Below, one piece after another: positions 6,979-8,006 of a stretch of 8,006 nt of DNA. This stretch comes from a virus. Its lineage: Duplodnaviria; Heunggongvirae; Uroviricota; Caudoviricetes. The notes beneath the pieces were generated by a model. It saw only the letters and a list, made by a program, of their open reading frames with translations. It was not told the origin of the DNA and searched no databases. Position numbers and translations under genes: made by a program. The DNA is taken from the IMG/VR virus record IMGVR_UViG_2585427795_000008, one strand, 5' to 3'. Within the stretch, counting starts at the first letter, position 1; the number at the start of each line of letters is the position of its first letter.

Positions 6979-7518
6979 ATGCAACCACTTACATACCAAC
7001 AGACTAGCGGATTTATTCCGACTGCGGTGATAAATCGTTCTCAAACAAAACAAGCTCCAGGCCACGAAAAAATCCGTGATGCCGTCCGCGCCTGGTCGGC
7101 TGTAGATAATCAGGATGTCGTTGCCGCACTCATTGTGAATGAGTATCGGGAGCAGGGCGACGGCACCATCGATTTCCCTGATGATGTCAGCCGTGCACGC
7201 CAGAAGCTGTTCCGCTTCCTCGATAACAAATTCGATTCTGAAAAATACCGAAATAACGTGCGTGAACTGACCCCGGCAATTCTGGCGGTACTACCGCTGG
7301 AATATCGCGGTTACCTGGTTGAGCAGGATAGCTTCATGACTCGGTTGGCTGAAATGGAAAAGGAACTCAGTGAGGCAAAACAGGCTGTCATTCTCAACGC
7401 ACCACGCCACCAGAAACTGAAGGAAATGAGTGAAGGTATTGTGTCGATGTTTCGTGTGGACCCGGATCTGGCTGGTCCATTAATGGCGATGGTGACCACC
7501 ATGCTGGGGGCAATATGA
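6979..7518 (+). CDS. YdaT-like protein at the cII position
   Basis: 179 aa ORF with ATG and an AAGGAG SD. The segment LTPAILAVLPLEYRGYL resembles E. coli Rac YdaT (IPAILAILPRELRHRL) as I recall it; NEYREQGDGTIDFP resembles EEYLRQGGGELPLVP. Not lambda cII. Confidence 0.75.
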   Translation: MQPLTYQQTSGFIPTAVINRSQTKQAPGHEKIRDAVRAWSAVDNQDVVAALIVNEYREQGDGTIDFPDDVSRARQKLFRFLDNKFDSEKYRNNVRELTPAILAVLPLEYRGYLVEQDSFMTRLAEMEKELSEAKQAVILNAPRHQKLKEMSEGIVSMFRVDPDLAGPLMAMVTTMLGAI

Positions 7519-7544
7519 CAGGTTCAGAAATGGCGAAAGTCGGT

Positions 7545-7577
7545 CTGCGGGAACAGAACCGACTTTCAGGTGCAAAT
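7545..7577 (+). other. Strong hairpin (10-bp perfect inverted repeat) downstream of the YdaT-like gene
   Basis: GAAAGTCGGT (7545-7554), 13-nt loop, ACCGACTTTC (7568-7577). The stem extends to about 13 bp with one bulge. No T-run follows; the IS903-group end begins 11 nt later. Confidence 0.5.
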
Positions 7578-7588
7578 CGGCTTTGTTG

Positions 7589-8006
7589 AATAAATCAGAT
7601 TTCGGGTAAGTCTCCCCCGTAGCGGGTTGTGTTTTCAGGCAATACGCACGCTTTCAGGCATACCTGCTTTCGTCATTTTGTTCAGCGCTCGTACCAGGGC
7701 CATAGCCTCCGCAACCTGACCATCGTAGTCACGCAGCGTCAGTGAACCCCCGAACAGCTGTTTTACCCGGTACATCGCCGTTTCCGCTATCGAGCGACGG
7801 TTGTAATCTGTTGTCCATTTCCACCGCGCATTACTCCCGGTCATTCGCTGATTAGCCACTGCACGGTTACGGTCTGCATATTCACCGGGCCAGTAACCCG
7901 CACCTTTTCGGGGAGGGATAAGGGCGCTGATTTTCTTACGCCGCAGTTCATCGTGACAGAGCCGGGTGTCGTAAGCGCCGTCTGCCGATGCTGCCCTGAT
8001 TTTTCT
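7589..8006 (-). mobile_element. IS903-group (IS5 family) insertion sequence, partial; continues past the window end
   Basis: Terminal inverted repeat GGCTTTGTTGAATAAATC at 7589-7606 matches the IS903 end as I recall it. It is followed by the C-terminal part of a transposase on the minus strand. Confidence 0.8.
7635..8006 (-). CDS. IS903-group transposase, C-terminal fragment (N-terminus lies outside the window)
   Basis: Frame is open from the window edge: ...RKISAASADGAYDTRLCHDELRRKKISALIPPRKGAGYWPGEYADRNRAVANQRMTGSNARWKWTTDYNRRSIAETAMYRVKQLFGGSLTLRDYDGQVAEAMALVRALNKMTKAGMPESVRIA. This is the typical IS903-group C-terminus. The ORF track shows only the part from an internal Met (7635..7859). 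Confidence 0.88.
   Translation of the reverse strand, partial: RKIRAASADGAYDTRLCHDELRRKKISALIPPRKGAGYWPGEYADRNRAVANQRMTGSNARWKWTTDYNRRSIAETAMYRVKQLFGGSLTLRDYDGQVAEAMALVRALNKMTKAGMPESVRIA

Noticed and set aside
7311-7502. Minus-strand ORF 7311..7502
   Set aside because: Antisense within the YdaT-like gene.
7635-8006. Initial thought that the transposase fragment was IS5 (InsH)
   Set aside because: The C-terminus (...AETAMYRVKQLFGG...MPESVRIA) and the GGCTTTGTTGAATAAATC terminal repeat fit the IS903 group, not IS5 proper as I recall InsH.
1-8006. CRISPR arrays, tRNA or rRNA genes, and an att core
   Set aside because: No regularly spaced direct repeats and no tRNA-like cloverleaf candidates were noticed. 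The int gene ends at the window's left edge, so the attachment site would lie outside the window.

Overview
This window is the left arm of a lambdoid prophage, apparently in an enterobacterial host, running from the integrase through the immunity region and into an IS element. On the minus strand it carries int and xis, a block of small accessory genes (including a TraR/DksA-type zinc finger and lambda orf63/orf60a-like ORFs), and a Red recombination module (exo, bet, gam) that matches lambda as I recall it. The immunity region is not lambda's: a LexA-like (S24) cI-type repressor is divergent from a Cro/YdaS-like gene and a YdaT-like gene at the cII position, flanked by OL and OR operator/promoter copies that share the same GTTGTTGAC...AACAAC repeat. 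The most interesting feature is an AT-rich single-gene insert at the rex position (between PL and the repressor) encoding a BamE/SmpA-OmlA-like lipoprotein with its own terminator, a candidate superinfection-exclusion or envelope-modifying function. The early-right operon is cut immediately after the YdaT-like gene by an IS903-group insertion that runs off the window. All calls rest on reading the sequence and recalled protein families; no database search was run.
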